DNA of 64,000 nucleotides, taken from positions 51,630 through 115,629 of the forward strand of contig JAEWVC010000064.1 of NCBI GenBank assembly GCA_023459275.1, in the 5' to 3' direction. Shown piece by piece: positions 7,433 through 16,615 of the stretch. Both the position numbers and the translations under genes were made by a program. Positions within the stretch are counted from its first letter, which is position 1; each line of letters begins with the position of its first letter. The DNA is from Bacillota bacterium (GTDB lineage: Bacteria; Bacillota; Clostridia; Christensenellales; Aristaeellaceae). The notes beneath the pieces were generated by a model. It was not told the origin of the DNA. It saw only the letters and a list, made by a program, of their open reading frames with translations, and ran no database searches.

Positions 7433-8584
7433 TCAGTCATCCTCCCGAAAGTCAGGGCTCTTCCCGGATTTTCCATCAGGCCGGTTGGGATACACCGGAG
7501 CGTGAAAAGCCCTTCTTTTGTCGATAGGCGGCGGCAGGCCGTCCAGCAGCGTATTCTCCTCATCGTCCACGGTAAACGCTTTGCCGGCCCTTTTCGCGAT
7601 ACGCCGCAAGCCCGTTTTCATCTTGGTTATCGGCGTGGCGCTTTCCCGCGTTTTTTGGGCCCGCTGGCTGCGCTGCCCCTTCGCGGCTGAAGGCGCAGTA
7701 GCACTGTAAGGAGAAAAGCTTTTTAATCCCGAAAAATCCCAGGTGGGATTGGGCTGTGTTTGCGGAACCTTTGCGGGCGGGTCCGCCTGGGGTGCGGCCG
7801 GCTCCGCCGTATCCGCCTGCCAGCCATATTGCCGGCTAAGCGCCTGATAATCGATCCCCGGATGCAGGGGAAGCTCCTCTGGCGCGGGAGGCACCTCGGG
7901 GGCCCATTCATCCTGCACCGTGTCCTCCGGCTCTTCCTCCGACTGCTCCGGATATACATCCGCCACGGGCTCCGCACTGTATTGGGAATATTCAGCCGCC
8001 GGTTCCTCCGCGTATCCCGGCTGCTCCTGCTCATCAGGTGCTTCAATGAGCTCTGGTTCGGGTCTGGCGAACCTTCGCACGTACTGTTCCTGATAATCCG
8101 CCTTCCTGGGCCTTGCGTAAATCGTATCCGCAGGCGTGCTTGGAGGCGGAGCGCTCCATCCGGCTGCCATGGGGTCCGCGGGCGTTTCCTGCCCGTACCG
8201 CACCGTTTCCTCCGGCGGCTGCTGCATATACGGCGGAGGCTGCCTGTCCGCATAGGCGGGGGGCGCATTTCCCCGCGCCGGTACAGGTTCTTGGGGAGCC
8301 ACCAGAACATTCTCCTCCCGGCCGCGGCGGCCACCGAAGAAGCGCCGGATATGGCGGATGCTGGTGGCCCACACATAGTAGGGGCGCCAGCGCAGGAACC
8401 ATACGAAAAAATCCATAAAAACGCCCGCCAGGCAAAGGAGCAGCACCAAAGCCAGCCAGTTGTCGCCGATCCACTGGAGCCACGCCTGCGTTCCGCTGCT
8501 GAAGAGGAGGCTCCAAACGCCCTCCACCACCGCGCGGATCCAACCTAGCAAAACGTTGAACAGCGTCTGGGCAAATCCTCTCAT
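7433..8584 (-). CDS. membrane-anchored protein with long Pro/Glu/Gln-rich disordered region
   Basis: The N-terminal ~80 aa carry two hydrophobic helices (LLGWIRAVVEGVWSLLF; WLALVLLLCLAGVFMDFFVWFL). The remaining ~300 aa are low-complexity P/E/Q/A-rich. AAAGGAGGGGG lies just upstream of the ATG. Confidence 0.65.
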   Translation of the reverse strand: MRGFAQTLFNVLLGWIRAVVEGVWSLLFSSGTQAWLQWIGDNWLALVLLLCLAGVFMDFFVWFLRWRPYYVWATSIRHIRRFFGGRRGREENVLVAPQEPVPARGNAPPAYADRQPPPYMQQPPEETVRYGQETPADPMAAGWSAPPPSTPADTIYARPRKADYQEQYVRRFARPEPELIEAPDEQEQPGYAEEPAAEYSQYSAEPVADVYPEQSEEEPEDTVQDEWAPEVPPAPEELPLHPGIDYQALSRQYGWQADTAEPAAPQADPPAKVPQTQPNPTWDFSGLKSFSPYSATAPSAAKGQRSQRAQKTRESATPITKMKTGLRRIAKRAGKAFTVDDEENTLLDGLPPPIDKRRAFHAPVYPNRPDGKSGKSPDFREDD

Positions 8585-8625
8585 AGCCCCCTCCTTTCCC
8601 TGCCGGATCGGCGTATATTTCTCGA

Positions 8626-9975
8626 TTACTTACCGGTAATGGTCACAGTCACGATGGCAGGATCGGTGGCGTAAGAATAAGCCACGGCATCGCTGCCGGC
8701 CACGGTCATAATCAGCGGCACGCTGTGCACACCTGCTCCCAGCCCCGTAAGATCGGCTGTCACAGTGACATCGGATGCTTTCAGCGCGTCGATCCACAGC
8801 TTGGGCCCATTGATGGTAACACCGGCACGGGGCTTGTCCAGGGTCGCGTTCAGCCCGTCCGCAAGACCCTGGGTACCGATGCGCAGGCTGTCAATGGAAT
8901 GGTTGATCATAATGGGCTCTATCTCCACCGTCACGGTAACGCTTTTTGCGGAAAGATTGACGATCTCGGCGGGTTGGCTGACCTTGATCAGGCTGTTGAA
9001 GGATTCCGTAGCGCCGCTGATATTGACGGGGGAATCCAAAAACAGGTCCGTGATCTGGCTCAGTGCCTCCGACCTTCCTGCGGCTACGATCTGGGAGGGA
9101 GTGACGGATACGCTCTTCACCTTGTAGCCATCCGCAGGCGAGCCGGTGGTAAGCGCCACCCGGTTCAAATCAATGGCCTTGGTGCCATACAGCGTCTGCT
9201 CCACCACCACACTTTTCAATATCACCGATTCGTTGGTAACCTGAATCAGATCGGAACTAATCTCCTCGCCGTAGGCATCCACCAGCGTAAAGGGAACGCC
9301 GGAGCGGACAAGCCCCTCCCTGGCGGGCAGCGTGCTCTGGTCGAAGGTGGCCACGGCCCGCACCACCCGGTCTGTCAGCGAAGCCGGCCCGCTGATGGCC
9401 AGCAGAGGCGGGTCCAGCGTCGGGGTGGTGCTGTAATAGCCCGTGGGCGGATCCCCTTCCCTGACCACCGTGACAGGGATGCGGTAACGGGTGACATAGG
9501 CCTCCACATTCACATCCAAAGTATCCGGCACGATCTCCATCACCGTGCCGTAGGCGCTGGTGGAAGTGCCTGTGATCTTCAGCTTCTGCGTGCCCTCCGA
9601 GGTAATGCGGGAAAGGTCGATCCGCACGTTGTAGTGGGCAGCGGTCACATTGCCGTATTCCTTCTGCGGCACATCCACCTTCAGCCGCACGGTGGGCGGC
9701 AGGGTGCTCAAATCACTGGTCACGATAAAGCCATTCTTCTTCAGCGTATCCGAACCCGTGATGTTGACCTGGACATCGCTGAACGTTTTTTCTCTTGTAA
9801 GTGTTGGATCCTGCGTAATCAGGCCGGCCCACAGCGCCACCGCCAGAAACAGCGCCAGTAGCTTCCAACCCAAGTTGTGCCTCAGCATGTGCCCTACATA
9901 CCGGATTGCATTGAGGCCCGTCCTATCCGCACGCCGGGGGACGCTATCCTGCTTCCGTTCCAGCTCATTACTCAC
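8626..9975 (-). CDS. cdaR: YbbR-domain protein, CdaA regulator
   Basis: One N-terminal TM helix followed by repeated YbbR-like beta-rich modules. It lies immediately downstream of cdaA. GTG at 9975 is preferred: AGGAGGA at 9982-9988 is 6 nt upstream, and the GTG overlaps the cdaA stop (GTGA). Confidence 0.85.
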   Translation of the reverse strand: MSNELERKQDSVPRRADRTGLNAIRYVGHMLRHNLGWKLLALFLAVALWAGLITQDPTLTREKTFSDVQVNITGSDTLKKNGFIVTSDLSTLPPTVRLKVDVPQKEYGNVTAAHYNVRIDLSRITSEGTQKLKITGTSTSAYGTVMEIVPDTLDVNVEAYVTRYRIPVTVVREGDPPTGYYSTTPTLDPPLLAISGPASLTDRVVRAVATFDQSTLPAREGLVRSGVPFTLVDAYGEEISSDLIQVTNESVILKSVVVEQTLYGTKAIDLNRVALTTGSPADGYKVKSVSVTPSQIVAAGRSEALSQITDLFLDSPVNISGATESFNSLIKVSQPAEIVNLSAKSVTVTVEIEPIMINHSIDSLRIGTQGLADGLNATLDKPRAGVTINGPKLWIDALKASDVTVTADLTGLGAGVHSVPLIMTVAGSDAVAYSYATDPAIVTVTITGK

Positions 9976-10838
9976 TTGGCGTCCTCCTTTCGGCCAGGGC
10001 TTCGCCTTGTTTTTTGCCTGATGGTCGTCCACAGCCTGGCGTGGGGCTGCCGGTAGATGGTGCCAAGGATCTGCTGCAGCCCGGGCGCATCCAGGTGGCG
10101 CGTCAGCTTGCCGCCCCTTGCCATGGAGATGATGCCCGTCTCCTCGGACACGATCAGCGCCACGGCGTCGGTGGTCTCGCTGACCCCGATGGCCGCCCGG
10201 TGGCGGGTACCCAGCTCCCGGCTGATGCCCCGGCCTTCGCTTAGCGTCAGGATGCAGGCCGCCGCCATCACCCGGGTGCCCCTGAGCACAACCGCCCCGT
10301 CATGCAGCGGGGTGTTGGGCTCAAAAATATTTTCCAAAAGAGGGCAGGAAATTTTCGCGTCGATGGACGTGCCCGTCTCGATGATGTCTTTGATACCCGT
10401 TTTCTGCTCGATCACGATCAGCGCGCCCACCCGGCGGCGGGACAGGTTGACCAGGCATTGGGTGATCTCTGAGACGATGCGCCTGTTATCCTCCACATCG
10501 TCCGAAGCGGCGCTGTCCAAAATGGCGCCCCGGCCAATCTGCTCCAAAGCTTTGCGAAGCTCCGGCTGGAACAGGATGACCAGCACCACCGCGCCGTTGT
10601 TTACGATGTTCATCAGAACCCAGTTCAGCGCCGTCAGGCCCAGGAGGTCTGAAACCCAACTGGCCAGAATCAGCATGCCCAGGCCTTTCAACACCGCGCT
10701 GGCCCGGGTTTGCCTTGTCAGCATCAACAGCTCATAAAGCAAAAAAGCTACGATGAGTATGTCCAATATATCTGTAATGCTGGGGCGGTTGAACACGTTC
10801 CACAGGATGGTTTTCGCCTGCTCCCACAACGCAGCCAT
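9972..10838 (-). CDS. cdaA: diadenylate cyclase (c-di-AMP synthase)
   Basis: DAC domain motifs PLHDGAVVL and GTRHRAAIGVSETTDAVALIVSEETG, with three N-terminal TM helices. ATG at 10838 (MAALWEQ..) follows GGGGGAA. Confidence 0.9.
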   Translation of the reverse strand: MAALWEQAKTILWNVFNRPSITDILDILIVAFLLYELLMLTRQTRASAVLKGLGMLILASWVSDLLGLTALNWVLMNIVNNGAVVLVILFQPELRKALEQIGRGAILDSAASDDVEDNRRIVSEITQCLVNLSRRRVGALIVIEQKTGIKDIIETGTSIDAKISCPLLENIFEPNTPLHDGAVVLRGTRVMAAACILTLSEGRGISRELGTRHRAAIGVSETTDAVALIVSEETGIISMARGGKLTRHLDAPGLQQILGTIYRQPHARLWTTIRQKTRRSPGRKEDAK

Positions 10839-11062
10839 CTTGTGTTCCCCCACTTTCGTGCAAGTATCCTTCAGCAACTGTTATTATACTACAGCCTGAC
10901 GGTTATATGAATCCCTTCCCATGAAAAACCAAACTTTTTCCGGGGGACGGCTACCCCCATACAACGAAAAAACGGCGTTTTTTCTTCATATGCCAAAAAA
11001 TATCTTGCCGGGCCCCTGCTTGGGGAAGAAATGTAAACCTTGCCGCAGTTGGGGAAAAACCC

Positions 11063-11091
11063 ATGACAAGGCACAAAAAGCATGATAAAAT
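11063..11091 (+). promoter_or_regulatory. candidate promoter of radC
   Basis: ATGACA, a 17-nt spacer, then TAAAAT with an extended TG (TGATAAAAT). Confidence 0.4.
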
Positions 11092-11129
11092 CATGCGGGA
11101 TCGCTTTTTGCGGGAAGGAGGCGCGCAGC

Positions 11130-11867
11130 ATGCACGAAGGCCACCGGCAGCGCCTTAGGGACAGGTTCCTTCAGCAGGGGCTGGAGGGGTTCGCGGCCCA
11201 CGAGGTGTTGGAACTGCTGCTTTGCTATGCCATCCCGCAAAAGAACGTGAATCCCCTGGCCCACGCGCTGCTTTCCCACTTCGGATCGCTGCACGGCGTT
11301 TTTGACGCCACACCGGAGCAGCTTATGCAGGTGGATGGCATCGGCCCCTACGCGGCCGCCTTTTTGCACCTGATGCTGCCCCTTAACCGGCGGATCGACT
11401 TTAGCCGTATGGGCGCAAAGCCCGTGCTCAAAAACCGCAGAGACGCCCAAAACTACTGCCTGAGCCTGCTTTCCCACCTGACCCATGAGCATTTTTATCT
11501 GCTGGCGCTGGATGCGCAGCTGCAGCTGCTGGGCACGGTGCTCCTGGGGAAGGGCAGCCTTTCGGAAGTGCCCGCCTATCCCCGGCTGGCGGTGGAGGCG
11601 GCCATCAAGCACAACGCCCACAGCGTGATCCTGTGCCACAATCATCCCGGCGGCTCCGCCGCCCCCTCCGATGCGGACCTGGACGCCACCTATCATATTT
11701 CACAGGTGCTGGCAGGCATTGATGTGGTGGTCATCGATCATCTCATTGTCGCTGGAAGCCAGGCAAGCAGCATGGTTCAACTGGGGTACCTCGATCATTC
11801 CCTTCCGGAGCCCCCCGCCGCCATCGCGGCAGACAGTACTGGAAGAATCCTTCCGGTTAAAAAATAG
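11130..11867 (+). CDS. radC: RadC-like JAB domain protein
   Basis: N-terminus MHEGHRQRLRDRF.., a helix-hairpin-helix region, and the JAMM motif HNHPGGSAAPSDADL. GGAGG lies 8 nt upstream of the ATG at 11130. Confidence 0.85.
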   Translation: MHEGHRQRLRDRFLQQGLEGFAAHEVLELLLCYAIPQKNVNPLAHALLSHFGSLHGVFDATPEQLMQVDGIGPYAAAFLHLMLPLNRRIDFSRMGAKPVLKNRRDAQNYCLSLLSHLTHEHFYLLALDAQLQLLGTVLLGKGSLSEVPAYPRLAVEAAIKHNAHSVILCHNHPGGSAAPSDADLDATYHISQVLAGIDVVVIDHLIVAGSQASSMVQLGYLDHSLPEPPAAIAADSTGRILPVKK

Positions 11868-11896
11868 ACTGCGGTCTAATGATAGGAATTTAATGC

Positions 11897-12523
11897 ATGA
11901 AACAGAAAGCTAAACCATATTCCACAGCAAAGAAGGTACGACACATGATTTATGCGCTGCTGGCAGCCGGGATCCTTTGTTACGGCGCGCTGGTGGCTTT
12001 TGTTTGCTATCAGGAGGCGCATGTGCCCGCGGCCGCTGGCCAGGATGACGCCATGATTGTGCTGGGTGCCCAGGTATATCCCGACGGCGAGCCTTCCTTG
12101 CAGCTGGCCTTGCGGCTGGAAGCAGCTTTGGCGGAATATCTCAAAAATCCTGTGCCTATCGTCACCTGCGGCGGCCAGGGCCCCAATGAACCACGCCCTG
12201 AGGGGGATGTGATGCGGGACTGGCTGGTGCTTAAGGGCGTTGATCCTGCGGACGTGCTGGCCGACGACACCTCCGTAAGCACCCGCGGAAACATACACAA
12301 CGCCATAACTCTGCTGAAGGAATACAACCCCGCCAGCGTCCGGATCGTAACCAGCGATTACCACCTTCCACGGGCGCTGGCCATCGCCAGGGATGAGGGC
12401 CTGACCGCCACCGGTACCGGTAGCCCCTGCAAGCCGGAGTATTGGGCCCCCAATCATTTCAGGGAAGCCCTGGCCTGGGTGAAGTACTGGGGGCAGAAGT
12501 ATCTCAACCTGCCCCTGGAGTAA
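11897..12523 (+). CDS. YdcF/DUF218 (SanA/ElyC-like) family protein
   Basis: N-terminal TM helix, then IVLGAQVYPDGEPS...CGGQGPNEPRPE...VTSDYHLPRA, which is typical of DUF218. Confidence 0.8.
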   Translation: MKQKAKPYSTAKKVRHMIYALLAAGILCYGALVAFVCYQEAHVPAAAGQDDAMIVLGAQVYPDGEPSLQLALRLEAALAEYLKNPVPIVTCGGQGPNEPRPEGDVMRDWLVLKGVDPADVLADDTSVSTRGNIHNAITLLKEYNPASVRIVTSDYHLPRALAIARDEGLTATGTGSPCKPEYWAPNHFREALAWVKYWGQKYLNLPLE

Positions 12524-12533
12524 GGAGCGTCCC

Positions 12534-13259
12534 ATGGCTTTTTGCGACGACCTTCTGTTGCGCTCCCGCGCGGCTGGCATCCCCCTGAGCGAAGCCGGCG
12601 CCAAAGTGCTTACCTGTTTCCATCAGCTTTTGATGGAATGGAACCAACGCATGGACTTGACCGCTGTCCTGGAAGAATCCGAAATGATGGACCGCCATTA
12701 CGTGGATTCCCTCTCTCCGCTCCAAAAAGACGGCCTTCTCGCAGCCGGAGCAAGCGTCATCGATGTGGGCAGCGGCGCAGGGTTCCCGGGCATTCCTTTG
12801 GCCGTCGCCCGGCCGGATCTTCGCGTTACGCTGCTGGACGCCCAGCTAAAGCGGGTGGGGTTTTTGAAGGAAGCCGTCTCACGCCTTGGCCTTGCCAACG
12901 TGCGGGTGATCCATGGCCGCGCCGAGGATGTTGCCAGGCGGGAAGATTGCCGGGAGAAATTTGATACTGCGGCAGCCAGGGCCCTTGCGCCCCTGCCTGT
13001 TTTGCTGGAATACCTGCTGCCTTTTGCAAAGGTAGGCGGGCTTGCGCTGTGTTGGAAGGGCCCCGCCGTCCTTGCAGAAATACCTGCCGGGGAAAGGGCG
13101 GCCAAAATTCTGGGCGGAATATTGGAGGCGCCCATCCCTACGGCTGTTCCAGGCCGGGACTGGTCCCACCTGCTCCTTCCTGTTAGAAAAATAGAAAAAA
13201 CCCTTCGACAATATCCCAGAAAAGCCGGCACGCCAGGACGCACGCCCCTGGGAAGCTGA
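12534..13259 (+). CDS. rsmG: 16S rRNA (guanine527-N7)-methyltransferase
   Basis: GidB family features: NLTAV-like segment (MDLTAVLEE), SAM motif VIDVGSGAGFPGIPLAV, and a size of ~240 aa. Confidence 0.9.
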   Translation: MAFCDDLLLRSRAAGIPLSEAGAKVLTCFHQLLMEWNQRMDLTAVLEESEMMDRHYVDSLSPLQKDGLLAAGASVIDVGSGAGFPGIPLAVARPDLRVTLLDAQLKRVGFLKEAVSRLGLANVRVIHGRAEDVARREDCREKFDTAAARALAPLPVLLEYLLPFAKVGGLALCWKGPAVLAEIPAGERAAKILGGILEAPIPTAVPGRDWSHLLLPVRKIEKTLRQYPRKAGTPGRTPLGS

Positions 13260-13498
13260 ACGAAAGGCCCCGCCTTCCGACGCAAAGCAGCTTGTTGCGA
13301 CGCTTTTCCACAATTCCTGACCGCGAAACGAGTCGAACGAATATTCGTATATGCGGGCAGGATTTTTTTGTTGTCTCGCGAAATGCAGGGATGAGCGCGG
13401 CGGCAGGGGCCGGCAGTCAGGGGGAGGACCGCCGCCCTGCCTGCCGCGTTCATTTCAGGATGGAAGCAAACGAATCCATGCAGGGAAGGGGGAGCGCC

Positions 13499-14332
13499 AT
13501 GCAGCCGTATGGAAGGACAGGCCCGGTCCCTTCCGCCTGCCGTCAGGTGTGCTGGCTGCCCCTGAACGGTATTTTCCCAAATCCCGACCAGCCCAGAAAG
13601 GAATTTTCCGAAGCCAGCCTGGCGGAGCTGGCCAACTCCATCCGCCAGTTTGGGCTGCTGCAGCCCATAACCGTCCGTGATACGGGCGGCGGGCACTACG
13701 AGATCATCATGGGTGAGCGGCGTTTCAGGGCTTGCCAGATGCTGGGGCAGACCCATATCGATGCCATCGTGCTGCCGGCCAACGGGCGGGAAAGCGCCAT
13801 GATGGCGCTGGTGGAGAACCTGCAGAGGGAAGACCTGCATTTTTTTGAGGAGGCGGAAGCCTTTGCCGCCCTGATTGACAACTACCAGATGACCCAGGAG
13901 GATCTGTCCCGCCGCCTTGGAAAATCCGCCTGCACCATCGCCAACAAACTGCGCCTTTTGCGCCTGGACCCGGCGCTTCGGGCACTGATCTTTGAAGAGA
14001 ACCTGTCGGAGCGCCACGCCCGGGCGCTTTTGCGGCTACCGGACGGACCCGGGCGCATGCGCATCGCCCAGCAAGCCGCGATAAATACTCTCACCGTCCG
14101 GGAAACAGAGGCCTTGGTGGAGCGTGCCCTGGCCAGGCTGCCCGTTCCCCCGCCCCCGCCCAGGCGGCTGATCTCCCTGGTGCGGGACCACCGGCTGTAC
14201 ATGAACGCCATCAAGGGCATTGTGGTGCAGATGCAGGAGACGGGCATCGCCGCGGAATACAACGTGATGGAGTATGGGGATACGATTGAACTGCGGATCG
14301 TGCTGCCCAAGCGCCGCCGGCAGTCAGGGTAG
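13499..14332 (+). CDS. ParB/Noc-like DNA-binding protein
   Basis: ParB N-terminal box (LLQPITVR...YEIIMGERRFRA) and an HTH (QEDLSRRLGKSACTIANKLRLLRL). It lies directly after rsmG, as noc does in Bacillus. The start is uncertain: ATG at 13499 follows GGGGGAG, and the ORF-track start at 13292 is unlikely. Confidence 0.8.
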   Translation: MQPYGRTGPVPSACRQVCWLPLNGIFPNPDQPRKEFSEASLAELANSIRQFGLLQPITVRDTGGGHYEIIMGERRFRACQMLGQTHIDAIVLPANGRESAMMALVENLQREDLHFFEEAEAFAALIDNYQMTQEDLSRRLGKSACTIANKLRLLRLDPALRALIFEENLSERHARALLRLPDGPGRMRIAQQAAINTLTVRETEALVERALARLPVPPPPPRRLISLVRDHRLYMNAIKGIVVQMQETGIAAEYNVMEYGDTIELRIVLPKRRRQSG

Positions 14333-14458
14333 GAAAGAAGCTGGGAAGGATGGCAGGAAAGAAAATTCTTGCGCCCCCGCCTGCGAGGGCTTTTCATAGA
14401 TCAGCGGCCGGTTGTGCAAAACGCACGGCCGGCCGCCCAGATATACTTCAGATTTGCG

Positions 14459-15247
14459 TCAGCCGTCTGCCGCTGCGCCGGGATGCAGGAGTGCCGCTCC
14501 CGGGTACAAGGCCAAAAATTCTTTTGCCGCGTCCAGTGTCAGATTAGGGATCAGCACCTGATACAGCGTTTCCTCCGTATCCGGGCCCGCATTCAGTGCT
14601 TCCCAGGTGTCTGGGCCCACGATGCCGTCAACCTCAAGACCTTTGGCGGTCTGAAAGGCTTTCACGGCGGCAAGCGTCTCCTCGCCGAAAATGCCGTCCG
14701 CGCCATACAGCGCAAGGGGAAATCCGTGAGCAATCAGCCGCAGTTGCGCTTCCTGCACCCAATAGCCGGTGCTGCCGCTGCGCAAGGTGGGAAGGGGACC
14801 GGGCACCGGCGTTTCCTGGGATTCGCCCGTATAGTCCACCCCTATCAGCTTGGCGGCATAGGGCCAGGTGGATGCGGCGCTTTTCACCACGCCTGCCTTC
14901 GAAGATCTGGCCTCGATCACCTCACCGCCCCCGATATACAGGCCCACATGGTAAAAGTTCCCCAGGCCGTCCCCCCTGTACGCGGCGGGCTCGCCGCCGC
15001 TTTTTTTCCACCGGAAAACCGCCATGCCGGGAACCAGTTCTATTTCGCCTATCTTGCCCTTTTCCGTGGTATATTTCCGCCACATGGTATTGCTGCCGTG
15101 GTACATGGTCCCGCCAAGCTTGCGGAAGGCGTACGCGAACGCCCCGCTGCAGTCCACCACGCCTTCCCTGGCGGCACCCCATTGGTACTTCCACTTCTCA
15201 TCATACATCCTTTGGAATATTGCAATCAGCGCGGATGGCTGAATCAT
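14459..15247 (-). CDS. NlpC/P60 (C40) peptidase fused to PG_binding_1 domain, no signal peptide
   Basis: Catalytic Cys context GVVDCSGAFAYAF and His context NFYHVGLYIGGGEVIEA. The C-terminus GIFGEETLAAVKAFQTAKGLEVDGIVGPDTWEAL is a peptidoglycan-binding repeat. ATG at 15247 (MIQPSAL..) is preferred. Confidence 0.8.
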   Translation of the reverse strand: MIQPSALIAIFQRMYDEKWKYQWGAAREGVVDCSGAFAYAFRKLGGTMYHGSNTMWRKYTTEKGKIGEIELVPGMAVFRWKKSGGEPAAYRGDGLGNFYHVGLYIGGGEVIEARSSKAGVVKSAASTWPYAAKLIGVDYTGESQETPVPGPLPTLRSGSTGYWVQEAQLRLIAHGFPLALYGADGIFGEETLAAVKAFQTAKGLEVDGIVGPDTWEALNAGPDTEETLYQVLIPNLTLDAAKEFLALYPGAALLHPGAAADG

Positions 15248-15315
15248 GCCCTCACTCCCGTTTCTAACGCACTTGCGTCTCCTGACAGCATATGTCCGGG
15301 GATCCGGCATGGTTC

Positions 15316-15342
15316 AAAAATCCCGCGGCATGACCGCGGGAT
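15316..15342 (-). terminator. rho-independent terminator after ygiD
   Basis: Minus strand: ATCCCGCGG-tcatg-CCGCGGGAT (9-bp stem), followed by TTTTT. Confidence 0.75.
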
Positions 15343-15371
15343 GCTTCAAAACACTTTGAAAACCACAGGGC

Positions 15372-16145
15372 TTATACAGTGGCGCCGATCAGGTATCCGG
15401 TCATGGACAGCGCGCCCATGATACAGCTCTCATTAAAAACGGACACAGCTTCTCCGGGCTGGGCAGCCCCCAGTACATAGAGCAAGGGATCATAATGGTC
15501 CGGTGTGTAAAAGGCAAGCCTGGCCGCATCCCCCGCCTCCTCATAGGCCACCGCCTTGTGAAAATGGCCTTCCATAATGCAATCCCGGATATAGCGGTCA
15601 AACGTCAGTGCCCATGGATATCCGCCCCTCATGCCCCATTTCACCAATGCAAGGTTATGCACCACATTGCCGCTGCCCAGAATCAGCACGCCCTCCTCGC
15701 GGAGGGCGGAAAGCGCCTGCCCCATTTTGAAATGCTCCTGCGCCGAAGCGCTATGATCAACGCTCAGCTGATATACGGGGATATCTGCTTGTGGGTACAT
15801 ATGGACAAGTACGGACCAGGCGCCGTGATCATAGCCCCAGCCGTTGTCGATGGCCGCCGGTACCGGCAGCAGCCCGGCGGTGCGGCGGGCCAGTTCCGGC
15901 GCGCCCTGGGCGGGATAGGTGACCCTGTACAGCTCCGGGGGGAAGCCATACATATCATAGACTGTTTTGGGATGCGGCGCATCGTGGGTTCTGGTGCCCT
16001 CCGTGTACCAATGGGCGGAGACCGCCAGGATCGCCTTGGGGCGTGGGATTTGGGCGGACAGGGCTTCCCATTGGCTGGTGAAAGTATTTGTTTCGATGGC
16101 ATTCATGGGCGATCCGTGCCCGACAAACAGCACAGGCATCCGCAT
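15372..16145 (-). CDS. ygiD: 4,5-DOPA dioxygenase extradiol-like (class III extradiol dioxygenase)
   Basis: The N-terminus MPVLFVGHGSPMNA, HWYT and GSGNVVHNL motifs are typical of the YgiD/LigB family. Confidence 0.85.
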   Translation of the reverse strand: MRMPVLFVGHGSPMNAIETNTFTSQWEALSAQIPRPKAILAVSAHWYTEGTRTHDAPHPKTVYDMYGFPPELYRVTYPAQGAPELARRTAGLLPVPAAIDNGWGYDHGAWSVLVHMYPQADIPVYQLSVDHSASAQEHFKMGQALSALREEGVLILGSGNVVHNLALVKWGMRGGYPWALTFDRYIRDCIMEGHFHKAVAYEEAGDAARLAFYTPDHYDPLLYVLGAAQPGEAVSVFNESCIMGALSMTGYLIGATV

Positions 16146-16176
16146 ATCCGTTTCCTCCCCGGAATTATTTCTGCCG

Positions 16177-16431
16177 TCAATACTCCCTGAGCACCAGCTC
16201 GGTGATGCCCGGGTTCAAGCCGCTTTCGATGCGCAGCACCCTTGCGTGATTCTTGCCGTATTCTTCTCTGACCATGTCCCGAAGCTCCGTGCCGCTGTGG
16301 TACCCGTGGATGATCCGAATGCGGTATACGGCGGCACTTGCCCGTTTCAGCCGGCTGTCGATAAAGACCCTGGCCTGGTACTTGGTCATCCCATGGATAT
16401 CGGCTTCCATGACCCCGGGCTGCATCCGCAT
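16177..16431 (-). CDS. stand-alone Smr domain protein
   Basis: 84 aa with the core DIHGMTKYQARVFID...IRIIHGYHSGTELRDMV, which resembles the Smr/MutS2 C-terminal domain. Confidence 0.7.
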   Translation of the reverse strand: MRMQPGVMEADIHGMTKYQARVFIDSRLKRASAAVYRIRIIHGYHSGTELRDMVREEYGKNHARVLRIESGLNPGITELVLREY

Positions 16432-16615
16432 CGTCCTTCCTTGAAACGCTTTTTACACAGTATAGCATAAAAAGGACGCATGGCACAAAAAATCGTATTT
16501 TACACCGAAAACGCTTCAAATGCAGCGTGTTTTGTTGTAAGATAAAGCCAGTATTCCACTATACCGTACCGTTATCCGCGGCTTGCCGCACATCACACGC
16601 AGGAGGTACCTTTTG

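Noticed and set aside
12698-14017. A 439-aa minus-strand ORF across rsmG and the ParB-like gene.
   Set aside because: It is antisense to two genes with strong motifs, and its composition (R/A/G/P/S-rich) is typical of a GC shadow frame.
12534-14458. The rsmG-noc region as part of oriC, or as carrying parS sites.
   Set aside because: I found no TGTTNCACGTGAAACA-like parS and no cluster of TTATCCACA DnaA boxes. The only 8/9 DnaA-box match lies inside dctP at about 23985. No dnaA, dnaN, soj or spo0J genes are present.
14459-16431. The NlpC/P60, ygiD and Smr genes as a prophage remnant or defence cluster.
   Set aside because: There are no phage structural, integrase, holin or nuclease/ATPase defence-type genes nearby. 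The genes are separated by terminators and look functionally unrelated.
16441-16545. cre-like or KdgR-like operators upstream of uxaC (TTGAAACGCTTTTTA; GAAAACGCTTCAAATGCAGCGTGTTTT).
   Set aside because: Neither fits the cre consensus when aligned position by position. The inverted repeat is imperfect with a bulge. I could not define a convincing uxaC promoter.
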